DNA of 37,975 bases from Gemmatimonadales bacterium (lineage in GTDB: Bacteria > Gemmatimonadota > Gemmatimonadetes > Gemmatimonadales > GWC2-71-9): assembly GCA_004525055.1 (NCBI GenBank), contig SPDF01000001.1, positions 1-37,975 on the forward strand. The letters are read 5' to 3'. Both the position numbers and the translations under genes were made by a program. Of the stretch, positions 30,005 through 37,975 are shown piece by piece. Position 1 is the stretch's first letter; each line of letters begins with the position of its first letter. Under the pieces are notes generated by a model, which worked only from the letters and a program-made list of their open reading frames with translations, was not told where the DNA came from and did not search any database.

Positions 30005-30636
30005 GACTGCCTCCAGAGGTCGGGCCGCACAGTCCGCACGGCCGTCCAGGCCGCCTCGAGCAACTGCTCGGGGCTCCCGGTGCCATCTAAGTGTACCACG
30101 CCGGGGCCCGTCACCGCGACGTAGGCCCGACAGATTCGATCATGAAACTCACTCGACTCCCGATCGAGCCGATCCAGCGCCTTCCCCGCCGCCTCCTGCC
30201 TCCCTCGCCCCACTCCGGGTGGGAGGTCAAGCACCAGCGTGAGGTCTGGGCGCAGACCGCCGGTCGCGGCGGCGTTCCCGGCGGCCACTAACGCCCCATC
30301 CACACCCCGGCCGACCACCTGGTACACTTCGGTCGACAGCGTGAACCGGTCGGCCAACACCACCTGGCCACGAGCGAGCGCCGGGCGGAGCACCTGCACG
30401 GTCAAATCGGCCCGCGCAGCGAGGAAGAGGAACAACTCGGCCACCGGGGCGACCTCGTGATCGACCTCCAGCAACGTTTGGCGCACCGACTCGGCCAACG
30501 CAGTCCCACCCGGCTCCCTGACCACCACCGGCTCCTGCCCCGCCGTCGCCATCCGTGCGGCAAGTGCCCGGATCAGGGTGGACTTCCCGGACCCCTCCGG
30601 CCCCTCGACAACGACGAACAGCCCCGGGTCGGCCAT
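30001..30636 (-). CDS. tmk: dTMP (thymidylate) kinase
   Basis: 211 aa. FVVVEGPEGSGKSTLIRALA (P-loop), REPGGT and LADRF. Confidence 0.9.
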   Translation of the reverse strand: MADPGLFVVVEGPEGSGKSTLIRALAARMATAGQEPVVVREPGGTALAESVRQTLLEVDHEVAPVAELFLFLAARADLTVQVLRPALARGQVVLADRFTLSTEVYQVVGRGVDGALVAAGNAAATGGLRPDLTLVLDLPPGVGRGRQEAAGKALDRLDRESSEFHDRICRAYVAVTGPGVVHLDGTGSPEQLLEAAWTAVRTVRPDLWRQS

Positions 30637-30986
30637 CAGAGCGTGATGATGCTGCTCGTGGCGCCCAGTTCCATCCCCTCGCTGATCTCCTGATTGACCT
30701 TGGTCATCAGCTTCTCAAAGTTGGCCCGGGCCACGGCGTATGCCTGCCCGGTGGTGCTGACCTCGAGTTCCCGGACCGCGGTCTCGTACTCAGCCGTGGT
30801 CTCGGGATCAGGCATCTGGCCCGCGGCCATCATCTGATCCACCTTGGTCGCGAGCTGCTGAATGGCATCGAGCTTGGCGACCGTGGGCGCGTCTTCACGG
30901 AGCGCCTGCTCGGTGCGACGGAGGGTCTTGTACTCGGTTGACTGGCCGATCTGGCGGCCGAGATCCTTTGCCTTCTCCGAAATCAC
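30636..30986 (-). CDS. Small helical protein, likely YlbF/YmcA (Com_YlbF) family
   Basis: 116 aa. EKAKDLGRQIGQSTEYKTLRRTEQALREDAPTVAKLDAIQQL... matches the general YlbF-family pattern as I remember it. It overlaps both neighbours (4 nt and 1 nt). Confidence 0.5.
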   Translation of the reverse strand: MISEKAKDLGRQIGQSTEYKTLRRTEQALREDAPTVAKLDAIQQLATKVDQMMAAGQMPDPETTAEYETAVRELEVSTTGQAYAVARANFEKLMTKVNQEISEGMELGATSSIITL

Positions 30987-31885
30987 GACGTCTCACTCCT
31001 CCGCGCGAGCACATAGCGCGCACGGTCGTAGAGGTCCATGTGTACGGCCGGCTCGATCCATCCCGATCCGGCAGCGAGAGCGGCCACGTCGGCCGCGCGA
31101 TGACAATCCACTTCCAGGGCGATCCAACCGCCCGGCTTGACGACAGTGTGCCCCTCCCGCAGGAGCTGTCGCGTCGCGTCCAGCCCGTCCTTGCCACTCT
31201 CCAGCGCCACCCTCGGCTCCCAGGCCCGGACGGCGGGCTCGAGCATGTGGTATTCGCGGTCGGTCAGGTACGGCGGGTTCGCCACCAGCACGTCGAGGGA
31301 TTCCCCTCGGAGCGGGCCGATCAGGTCGCCGAGCCGCCACTCGATGGCGAGCCCAGCCCGCTCCCCGTTCTCCCGGGCCTGTGCGAGTGCCTCACGGGAC
31401 GAGTCCACGCCAATCACCCGTTGGTATCGGCCCTCCTGGGCCAGCGACAGCGCGATGCAGCCACTCCCCGTGCAGACATCAGCAACGACACCGACACCCA
31501 TTCTATCCAAGACGAGTGCAACAAGCCCTTCGGTTTCGGGCCGGGGAATAAGCGCCCGGCCGTCGGCGGCCAACAGGAGGTGTCGGAATCCGATCGTCCC
31601 GGTCACGTGGGCAAGGGGTTCCCCGCCGGCCCTGCGATTGGCGAGGCGCGCCAAGTGGTCCGCCTCCGCCTGACCCAGCACCCTGTCCGGATGTAACCGC
31701 GCCTGCCCGGCATCGAGGGACCACGCCGCCTCGGCGAGCCGTGCCGCCTCCCGGCGGGCATCCACCACCCCGGCCCCTTGAAGCAACTCCGCCGCGGACT
31801 CGAGGGCCGATGCCGCCGTCTGCGGCCGGTCAGTTACCACTCGCCGCCTCTTCCATACGGCTCGCCACGCGAAGCGCCTCGACAA
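30983..31885 (-). CDS. prmC: Release-factor glutamine-N5 methyltransferase
   Basis: LIPRPETE, DVCTGSGCIALSLA and the NPPY motif (LVANPPYL), immediately downstream of prfA. The start is uncertain: 31885 overlaps prfA by 56 nt, and in-frame GTGs at 31840/31837 are alternatives. Confidence 0.85.
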   Translation of the reverse strand: MSRRFAWRAVWKRRRVVTDRPQTAASALESAAELLQGAGVVDARREAARLAEAAWSLDAGQARLHPDRVLGQAEADHLARLANRRAGGEPLAHVTGTIGFRHLLLAADGRALIPRPETEGLVALVLDRMGVGVVADVCTGSGCIALSLAQEGRYQRVIGVDSSREALAQARENGERAGLAIEWRLGDLIGPLRGESLDVLVANPPYLTDREYHMLEPAVRAWEPRVALESGKDGLDATRQLLREGHTVVKPGGWIALEVDCHRAADVAALAAGSGWIEPAVHMDLYDRARYVLARRSETS

Positions 31886-32894
31886 CTTCCTCGATGTGCC
31901 CGTCCATGATATCGGGCAGGTTGTGGACCGACAGGTTGATCCGGTGGTCGGTCACCCGACTCTGCGGATAGTTGTAGGTCCGAATCTTGGCGGAACGGTC
32001 GCCGGTGCCGACCATCGCCCGGCGGTCTCGTGCCCGCGCGGACTCCTGCTCGGCGATCATCCGGTCCAACAGCCGCGCCCGAAGGACCTCCATCGCCTTG
32101 AGCTTGTTCTGTAACTGCGACTTCTGGTCCTGCTGACTCACCACCAGCCCGCTCGGCAGGTGCGTAATGCGTACCGCACTATCGGTCGTGTTCACGCTCT
32201 GCCCGCCGGGACCGGAGGCCCGGAACACGTCGATCTTGAGGTGGTTGGGGTCGATGGTGACGTCGACCTCCTCGGCCTCGGGCAGCACGGCCACTGTCGC
32301 CGCGGAAGTGTGGATGCGGCCCTGCGTCTCGGTGGCGGGCACCCGTTGCACCCGGTGGACCCCCGACTCTCGTCGCAGGCGCCCGAACGCGTCCCGCCCC
32401 CGTACCGCGAAGATGACCTCGCGGACGCCACCAAGCGAGGCGCCGCTCTCAGAAATCAGCTCGATGCGCAGCCCGTAGCGCTCGCAATAGCGGGTGTACA
32501 TCCGGTAAAGATCGGCCGCAAAAAGGGCCGCCTCGTCGCCGCCAGTGCCCGCCCGGATCTCGACAATCGCGTCGCGGTCGTCGAGCGGATCTCGCGGGAC
32601 CAGGAGTTCGTGCAATTCCGCCCTGGTGGTCTCCACCTCGGATGGGAGCCGCTCGAGATCGACCCGGGCCAATGCCACAAGCTCGGGATCGGCCTCCTGC
32701 GCCATTTCCCGAGCCTGAGAAAGTTCGTCTTCCAGACGCCGAAGCCGTTCCGCCGTCCGCACGATCGGTACGAGCCGGGCGTGTTCCCGTCCGAGGGTCG
32801 TTAGACGCTTCGAATCACGGGCGGTGGCGGGGTCGGACAGTTCCTGCGACACCTCCTCCGCCCTGGCCAAGGCCTGGCGGAGGCGCGCCTCCAT
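31830..32894 (-). CDS. prfA: Peptide chain release factor 1
   Basis: 354 aa. PATETQGRIHTS (PxT motif, which indicates RF1) and RASGPGGQSVNTTDSAVRITHLPSG (GGQ). Confidence 0.95.
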   Translation of the reverse strand: MEARLRQALARAEEVSQELSDPATARDSKRLTTLGREHARLVPIVRTAERLRRLEDELSQAREMAQEADPELVALARVDLERLPSEVETTRAELHELLVPRDPLDDRDAIVEIRAGTGGDEAALFAADLYRMYTRYCERYGLRIELISESGASLGGVREVIFAVRGRDAFGRLRRESGVHRVQRVPATETQGRIHTSAATVAVLPEAEEVDVTIDPNHLKIDVFRASGPGGQSVNTTDSAVRITHLPSGLVVSQQDQKSQLQNKLKAMEVLRARLLDRMIAEQESARARDRRAMVGTGDRSAKIRTYNYPQSRVTDHRINLSVHNLPDIMDGHIEEVVEALRVASRMEEAASGN

Positions 32895-32897
32895 GCC

Positions 32898-33116
32898 CTA
32901 CTCCTTCGGAGCGTCGGCGCCTGCCTGATAACGGCGGCGGAACCGATCGACGCGACCAGCGGTGTCCATCAGGCGCTGCTTGCCGGTGTAGTATGGGTGG
33001 CACTTGGCACAGACTTCAACGTGGATGGAATCCGACGTCGAGCGGGTCTCGAACGAATTGCCGCAGGCGCAGATGGCCGTCAGCTTCTTGTATACGGGAT
33101 GGATGTCGGCCTTCAC
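32898..33116 (-). CDS. rpmE: 50S ribosomal protein L31 (Cys-containing, Zn-type)
   Basis: 72 aa. [11 protein letters not shown]...CACGN...[15 protein letters not shown] start with AGGAG 6 nt upstream. Confidence 0.95.
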   Translation of the reverse strand: MKADIHPVYKKLTAICACGNSFETRSTSDSIHVEVCAKCHPYYTGKQRLMDTAGRVDRFRRRYQAGADAPKE

Positions 33117-33182
33117 GGGGTGCTCCTGAGTGCGTCGGGTGGTCGCCGAGGCCCGGAGTGGGCCAGGGTTCGCAAGCCACGA

Positions 33183-33211
33183 AAGATAAACGAGTTACAC
33201 CCCGAACTCAA
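33183..33211 (-). promoter_or_regulatory. Possible sigma70-type promoter for the rpmE-prfA operon
   Basis: On the minus strand: TTGAGT (33211-33206), 17 nt, TATCTT (33188-33183), about 65 nt upstream of the rpmE GTG. Confidence 0.35.
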
Positions 33212-33253
33212 GCACCGTGAAGGCCCTGACTGGCCGGGGCGCCCGGGCCTGAA

Positions 33254-33282
33254 TTGACTCCGCCTCCCCCTCTAAGTAATGT
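33254..33282 (+). promoter_or_regulatory. Possible promoter of the Crp-family gene
   Basis: TTGACT (33254-33259), followed at 15-17 nt by AGTAAT/TAATGT, which overlaps the ATG at 33279. This implies either a leaderless mRNA or use of the downstream GTG at 33312, which has GAGG 5 nt upstream. Confidence 0.3.
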
Positions 33283-33989
33283 CCCAGCTTCCACTTCCAC
33301 GCCGAGGCCAAGTGACCCAGTCCCCGCTTGAGATCCTCCGCTCGGTTCCCATCCTCGCCGACGTCCCCCCCGCCGACCTCGCGGCACTGGCCCAGGCCTC
33401 CCGGGAACGGTCCTACCCCGCCGGCCAGGTGATTCTGCGCCAGGACGCCCCCGGCGATGCGATGTACGTCGTGATCGAAGGGCGGGTGAAAGTCGTCCTG
33501 ATCGGAGAGGACGGTCGTGAGGTGATCCTGAGCGTCCTCGGCGCAGGCGCCGTCTTCGGCGAGATGTCCCTGCTCGACGATGAACCCCGATCGGCGCACG
33601 TGATCGCCATGACACCCTGCCACGTCATGACGCTGTATCGCGGGGCCTTTCACGAGCGGCTGCGTGCCTCGCCCGACCTCTGCCTCGCCATGCTGGCTGC
33701 GATGTCGAGTCGGCTCCGGGCGGCAGACGAACGGATCCGGGCCCTCAGCCTGCTCGACGTCAATGGCCGGGTCGCGCACCTGCTGCTGCAGCAATCTGCC
33801 GAAGCCGGCAACGACGTCTTCCCGCGCCGGCTCACCCACCAGAACATGGCGGAGCTGATCGGCGCCAGCCGTGAGACGGTGTCGCGCACGCTTCGGCACC
33901 TGGTCGAGCGCGAGGTAATTGCCATCGAACGGCGACAGGTCAGGATTCTCGACCGCACCGCGCTGGAGGCGGCCGTTCGGCCTGCGTGA
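33279..33989 (+). CDS. Crp/Fnr family transcriptional regulator (cNMP-binding domain plus HTH)
   Basis: 236 aa. LRSVPILADVPPADL..., YVVIEGRVKV, FGEMSLLDDEPRSAHVIA (cNMP phosphate-binding cassette with Arg-Ser) and C-terminal HTH MAELIGASRETVSRTLRHL. The start could instead be GTG 33312. Confidence 0.85.
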   Translation: MSQLPLPRRGQVTQSPLEILRSVPILADVPPADLAALAQASRERSYPAGQVILRQDAPGDAMYVVIEGRVKVVLIGEDGREVILSVLGAGAVFGEMSLLDDEPRSAHVIAMTPCHVMTLYRGAFHERLRASPDLCLAMLAAMSSRLRAADERIRALSLLDVNGRVAHLLLQQSAEAGNDVFPRRLTHQNMAELIGASRETVSRTLRHLVEREVIAIERRQVRILDRTALEAAVRPA

Positions 33990-34077
33990 CGCAGATCACG
34001 GCGCGCGCTCCCCTGAACTCCCTCATTGTCGCATGGATCCCACGGCACGGAACTCGCCCCACACCCCAGGTAGGGCG

Positions 34078-34935
34078 ATGAGCCTTTCGGTCACCTTCTG
34101 GGGAACGCGCGGGACAATTCCCGTCCCCGGCCTCAGTACAGCTCGATATGGTGGCAACACCCCGTGCGTCTCGATCCGGGACGCTGCCGGGCACTGCGTG
34201 ATTCTCGACGCGGGGACTGGCATACGGCAGCTCGGCAACGACCTTCGGGCGCACTCGTCATCTGGTCGACTGGACCTCTTCCTGTCCCACGTGCATTGGG
34301 ACCACATCCAGGGGCTGCCCTTCTTCTCGCCGATGTACGCCGACGGGCAGGAGATCCATATTCATGGCCCCACGCCGACGGGGTTCACGCTGGAGCAGGT
34401 GCTCGAACGGCAGCTTGATCCTGCGGTTTTTCCTGTCCCGCGCGCCGCTCGGCCGGCGCAGGTGTCGGTGCAGGCGCTCCAGCCAGGCGACATGGTGGAG
34501 GTCCCGGGGTTTCGTGTCCAGAGCTGCCTGCTGTCGCACCCCGGTGGCGCGCTCGGTTATCGCGTGACGCCGATCGGCGGCGGGGCGGCGGTGGTGTACA
34601 TGACCGACAACGAACTCGGCCCCGGGGGCGCTGCCAGAGTGTCGACTGCATGGCAAGCAGAGCTCTCCCAGTTTGTCCGCGATGCCGCGCTGCTGATCCA
34701 CGACGGGATGTATACTCCCGCACTCGGCGAGGAGCGATCGGGATGGGGACACTCGAACTCCCTCGATGCCGTCGCACTGGCCGCCGCAGGGAGCGTCAAG
34801 CATCTGGCGCTGTTCCATCATGACCCCGACCATGATGACGGGCAGGTTGATGATCTGCTTGCCATGGCTCGGGCTGCGGCACCCACAGGAGTCACCGTCG
34901 ATGCGGCCCACGAGGGGTGGACGGTGACGTTGTGA
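34078..34935 (+). CDS. MBL-fold metallo-hydrolase (Lactamase_B_2-like)
   Basis: MSLSVTFWGTRGTIPVPG...GGNTPCV...LDAGTG...LFLSHVHWDHIQGLPFF (HxHxDH), a later H and D...H. ATG 34078 was preferred over ATG 34033 because the conserved fold begins right at MSLSVTFWG. Confidence 0.8.
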   Translation: MSLSVTFWGTRGTIPVPGLSTARYGGNTPCVSIRDAAGHCVILDAGTGIRQLGNDLRAHSSSGRLDLFLSHVHWDHIQGLPFFSPMYADGQEIHIHGPTPTGFTLEQVLERQLDPAVFPVPRAARPAQVSVQALQPGDMVEVPGFRVQSCLLSHPGGALGYRVTPIGGGAAVVYMTDNELGPGGAARVSTAWQAELSQFVRDAALLIHDGMYTPALGEERSGWGHSNSLDAVALAAAGSVKHLALFHHDPDHDDGQVDDLLAMARAAAPTGVTVDAAHEGWTVTL

Positions 34936-34950
34936 CACGGATACTCACAA
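34930..34950. repeat. Perfect inverted repeat TTGTGA-N9-TCACAA spanning the MBL stop codon and the next gene's Shine-Dalgarno
   Basis: TTGTGA (34930-34935, includes the TGA stop), spacer CACGGATAC, TCACAA (34945-34950), which overlaps AAGGAG (34949-34954). ATG at 34962. Confidence 0.4.
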
Positions 34951-34961
34951 GGAGTGGACCG

Positions 34962-35648
34962 ATGATTCGCACGGCCCGCCTGCTCTGCCTGCTTACTCTC
35001 ACCTCCGCTGCGCCGCCCCTGTTCGGGCAGGCTGCGGCGCCGGCGATCGTTGTGCTGACCTTCGAGAACGGTGGCTCCTACGGCCTCGACTCGATGGATT
35101 TCCTGGGCCTCGGGCGCGGCATCCCGTCCGCGCTGACCGCCGACCTGGCGCTGAACCCCGGGCTCCGCACAATCGACCGGAGACAGGCCCAGCAGGTGCT
35201 GGAACGGGATGGGCCGAGCCACAATGGTCGCGTGGATGCCGCAACCGCCGCACGGGTCGGGAAGCAGGTCGGTGCGGGGTATGTGGTGACGGGGACCTTT
35301 GTGGATTATTACGGACGGGTGCGCATCGACGCGCGGCTCATCGACACCGGCACAGGCTCCATCCTGGAGGTGGTCTCGAGCGGGCAGCGTTCACGGGCGG
35401 AACTCCCGCAGATGCTCGCCGACATTGCGTCGCAGCTGATGTCAGGAAAGCGCTTGCCGGCGATGCCGGCGGGGAGCCTGCCCCCCGCAAAGGTCAGCTC
35501 AGATGCGCTCGTCCTCTTCGGGCGGGCGGTGCTGGCGCAGGATCAGGGAGACAAGGCGGCGGCGGTGGGCTACTATCAGGAGGCGCTGAAGCTCGCGCCC
35601 GACTTTACGGCCGCGAAGGACGGACTGCGCTCGGCTCAGGGGTCGTAG
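34962..35648 (+). CDS. Secreted protein with a CsgG/TolB-N-like (FlgO/LpoB-type) domain and a C-terminal TPR-like segment
   Basis: ATG 34962 preceded by AAGGAG. Signal peptide MIRTARLLCLLTLTSAAPPLFGQA. Then VVLTFENGG...LTADLALNPGLRTIDRRQAQQVL...GAGYVVTGTFVDYYGRVRIDARLIDTGTGSIL (CsgG-like pattern). C-terminal YYQEALKLAPDF (TPR-like). Confidence 0.5.
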   Translation: MIRTARLLCLLTLTSAAPPLFGQAAAPAIVVLTFENGGSYGLDSMDFLGLGRGIPSALTADLALNPGLRTIDRRQAQQVLERDGPSHNGRVDAATAARVGKQVGAGYVVTGTFVDYYGRVRIDARLIDTGTGSILEVVSSGQRSRAELPQMLADIASQLMSGKRLPAMPAGSLPPAKVSSDALVLFGRAVLAQDQGDKAAAVGYYQEALKLAPDFTAAKDGLRSAQGS

Positions 35649-36909
35649 TCAACGACGGCGCCGCCCGGCGGGCGCCGAGGGCCATTCCGAGGTTCGCGGG
35701 AACGAAGAAGGCCAGAATCGGGGCGTTGACTTGCGAAAACCAGGGCAGCAGCTGGATCGCAACGCCGAGGACAGAGAAAGCCGCCACCGTGGCGGCGAGG
35801 ACGCGTACCGCGACCGGGGCCGGACCACCCCGCCTCGCCCACCCGGCGAGGAAGCCGAACATCACGAGCCCAAGGACGCTCGCCTGGAGGAGATTCTCGT
35901 TGCGATAGGCGTAGCTGTGTGCGGTGAAGGCCCACAGGTAGACCATGATGAGGCCCGCGAGGCCTGAGAGCAGCGTCCAGAATCCTGCGAGCACCAGGAA
36001 CGACCGTCGACCCTTCCCCGTCCCACTCCGACCCCCGGTCCACGCCAGCACCCCCCCCAGCAGGACGCCGAGCACAAGAAACCACCCCAGCCAGGAGGCG
36101 GGCGCGCGTGTCGAGGGGGTCACGCCCTCGCGAGCGGGCTGGAGGCGCGTGGTGGCCACCAGTGCTTCCGCATCCCCATTCGCAACCGCCGCCGGATTTG
36201 TGGCTGGAGCGATGTACCGCGCGAAGTTCATCGGAATGAACGAGTCTTCCCAGGCTGAGAGCGGCTGGTCGGTAGACGGGCCGAGCAGGAGCATCAGGCC
36301 GAAATACCATCCGGGGCTCCCGGCCGTGAGTTCCGCGGTGCGTGAGCGATAGGTGGCGCCCGTTGAGAGGGCGGTGAGCGGTGCTTCGAGCGCACCGTCC
36401 AGGCTCAGGTTCAGCGCGTCCCGGACGCGCGTGGAACAGTTGTCACGGTACGGGTCGTATCGATAGTCCCGCTTGTCCGGCTGTGCATTCCGGGCGAGAT
36501 TGGCGGCCAACCTCCGGGCCTGGTCCGGTGTGAGGGCCAGATCCTGGACCTCGATCGAGCGGCCGGCTTCCACGTAGCGGCCGATGTCGCGCGTGGCGTC
36601 ATAGCCCGCCATGGAATAGAGCATCCCCCCCTGCACGAAGTTCCAGTAGAAGTTCTCCTGCCTGAAGTCGAAGATGCCGTAGTTGTAGGCGATATCCGTC
36701 CCGGCAACCGGGTCCGTCACCCGGATAATATTGTGCCCGAACTTCTCCCAGAGAACCGAGCCAGGACCGACGGTGATGAGCGACACCCTCGGGGCGAGGT
36801 CCGCGGCGGATAGGGAGGGAGTGGATGGCGTTTGTTGTGCTCTGGCGGGACTGGCCCATGCGGCGCCGAGCAGCCCGAGCAGGAGGGCAACCCGGCGCCC
36901 CAACCTCAC
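35605..36909 (-). CDS. DUF4105 (Lnb N-terminal periplasmic domain) protein with C-terminal transmembrane region
   Basis: 434 aa with a signal peptide. VSLITVGPGSVLWEKFGHNIIRV...IAYNYGIFDF...YRYDPYRDNCSTRVRDAL is the DUF4105 signature. About 5 TM helices at the C-terminus. GTGA overlap with the upstream oxidoreductase gene. The 3' end overlaps the convergent gene by 44 nt. Confidence 0.75.
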   Translation of the reverse strand: MRLGRRVALLLGLLGAAWASPARAQQTPSTPSLSAADLAPRVSLITVGPGSVLWEKFGHNIIRVTDPVAGTDIAYNYGIFDFRQENFYWNFVQGGMLYSMAGYDATRDIGRYVEAGRSIEVQDLALTPDQARRLAANLARNAQPDKRDYRYDPYRDNCSTRVRDALNLSLDGALEAPLTALSTGATYRSRTAELTAGSPGWYFGLMLLLGPSTDQPLSAWEDSFIPMNFARYIAPATNPAAVANGDAEALVATTRLQPAREGVTPSTRAPASWLGWFLVLGVLLGGVLAWTGGRSGTGKGRRSFLVLAGFWTLLSGLAGLIMVYLWAFTAHSYAYRNENLLQASVLGLVMFGFLAGWARRGGPAPVAVRVLAATVAAFSVLGVAIQLLPWFSQVNAPILAFFVPANLGMALGARRAAPSLTTTPEPSAVRPSRP

Positions 36910-37916
36910 AGCAGGACGTCGCGGCCGTCGTCGGCCGATTTATAGATGGCGTCGATCACGCGGTGCAGCCTGACGTGCTCCTCGAGCTCCGGCGCCTTCG
37001 CCTCTCCACGGATGGCGGCGAGGAAGTGAGCCCACTCCGCGCGGTACGACGCCGTAAACACACTCTCTCGTGACGCCGACCCCGTCGGCGCCACATCGAC
37101 CGGCGTGCCGTGCATTTGCTTCCAGACCTTGAGCGGATTAATGCTGGCGCTACCCTTGCTCCCCCGTAAGCCAACGCCGAAGCGCTCACCCTCGCCGAGG
37201 TGATGCCATGTCACGTCCACGAAGATGCAGGCCCCGTTCTCGCAGACCACGAACGCGCTCCCTGCATGCTCGGTCGCGCGCTCCCGACCAGCCCGATCGA
37301 GTGTGGCGCTGACTCGGACGGGCTTGGGATTGCCAGCCAGCCAGAGCCCCAGGTCGAGAATGGAGAGGCCGAGGTCGAGCATGGCCCCGCCACCCGACAG
37401 GTCCCGTTTGAGCCGCCAGCCGAGCATGGCCCGGCTCGGCCGGAAGACATGCCAGCTGCCCCGCACACTCTCGACGTCGCCGAGCTCGCCGGTCTGCACG
37501 AAACTGCGGATGATCTGGACGTCGGCGCGATACCGATGGTTCATCCCCACCATCACGACACGGTCCGTCTTGGCCGCGGCACGCACGACCCGCTGTGCGC
37601 TGGCGGCGTTGAGGGCGAGTGGCTTCTCAACCAGGATATGGACGCCCGCCCGCAGTGCCGCCAGGACGTGGCCCTCGTGCAGATGATTGGGGGTGCAGAT
37701 GACGACGGCATCCAGCTCGGAGTGCCCGAGCAATTCTTCAATATCGTCGAACGAATTCTCGACCTTGAACCGATTGGCAAGCGCGTTGGCCTTCGGGTAG
37801 TCGGCATCACAGATCGCCACCACCTCCACGCCCTTCAGTTTCCGCAGCACCGGCAGGTGTGCCACCTGGGTGATGGCACCTGCCCCAATCACGCCGACGC
37901 GCAACGTCTCGCTCAT
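36906..37916 (-). CDS. Gfo/Idh/MocA family NAD(P)-dependent oxidoreductase
   Basis: 336 aa. LRVGVIGAGAITQVAHLPVL...VVAICD...VVICTPNHLHEGHVLAALRAGVHILVEKP. Confidence 0.9.
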   Translation of the reverse strand: MSETLRVGVIGAGAITQVAHLPVLRKLKGVEVVAICDADYPKANALANRFKVENSFDDIEELLGHSELDAVVICTPNHLHEGHVLAALRAGVHILVEKPLALNAASAQRVVRAAAKTDRVVMVGMNHRYRADVQIIRSFVQTGELGDVESVRGSWHVFRPSRAMLGWRLKRDLSGGGAMLDLGLSILDLGLWLAGNPKPVRVSATLDRAGRERATEHAGSAFVVCENGACIFVDVTWHHLGEGERFGVGLRGSKGSASINPLKVWKQMHGTPVDVAPTGSASRESVFTASYRAEWAHFLAAIRGEAKAPELEEHVRLHRVIDAIYKSADDGRDVLL

Positions 37917-37975
37917 GCTTTGCCCCCGGGATGACCGGTCAATTCAGGCGCTCGACCCTGGTGGAAGGATAATAC

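Overview
This is a very GC-rich bacterial chromosomal window (roughly two-thirds G+C by eye, not computed). It is almost wall-to-wall coding, and many start and stop codons overlap by 1-4 nt. The content is overwhelmingly core housekeeping. It includes the widely conserved block ispE, tRNA-Gln, prs, rplY, pth and ychF, here interrupted by a membrane H+/Na+-pyrophosphatase and korAB (2-oxoglutarate:ferredoxin oxidoreductase). It also holds an rpsF-rpsR-(membrane protein)-rplI ribosomal operon, rsfS, smc, a type I-beta DAHP synthase and a LolA-like protein. A long minus-strand operon runs rpmE-prfA-prmC-(YlbF-like)-tmk-(S41 protease)-(DUF2520-like). I found no CRISPR array, transposase, integrase, phage gene or recognisable defence, toxin or biosynthetic cluster, and I cannot point to a convincing novel multi-gene system. 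The most unusual items are single genes or gene pairs with non-standard architecture. (1) A 1093-aa secreted protein combines an HExxH metallopeptidase, a TolB/PD40 propeller and an Omp85-like barrel, and is followed by a propeller-SPOR lipoprotein. (2) A natural fusion joins the FakA kinase and middle domains to a genuine DegV/FakB domain. (3) A Crp-family regulator sits next to an MBL hydrolase whose metal motif resembles class-II cyclic-nucleotide phosphodiesterases. (4) pth appears to need a CTG start. (5) An Ala-rich orphan protein carries a repeated short motif. All product calls come from recognising motifs in the supplied translations, and no searches were run. The taxon is not determinable here; the gene content would fit Gemmatimonadota or a related lineage, but that is a guess.
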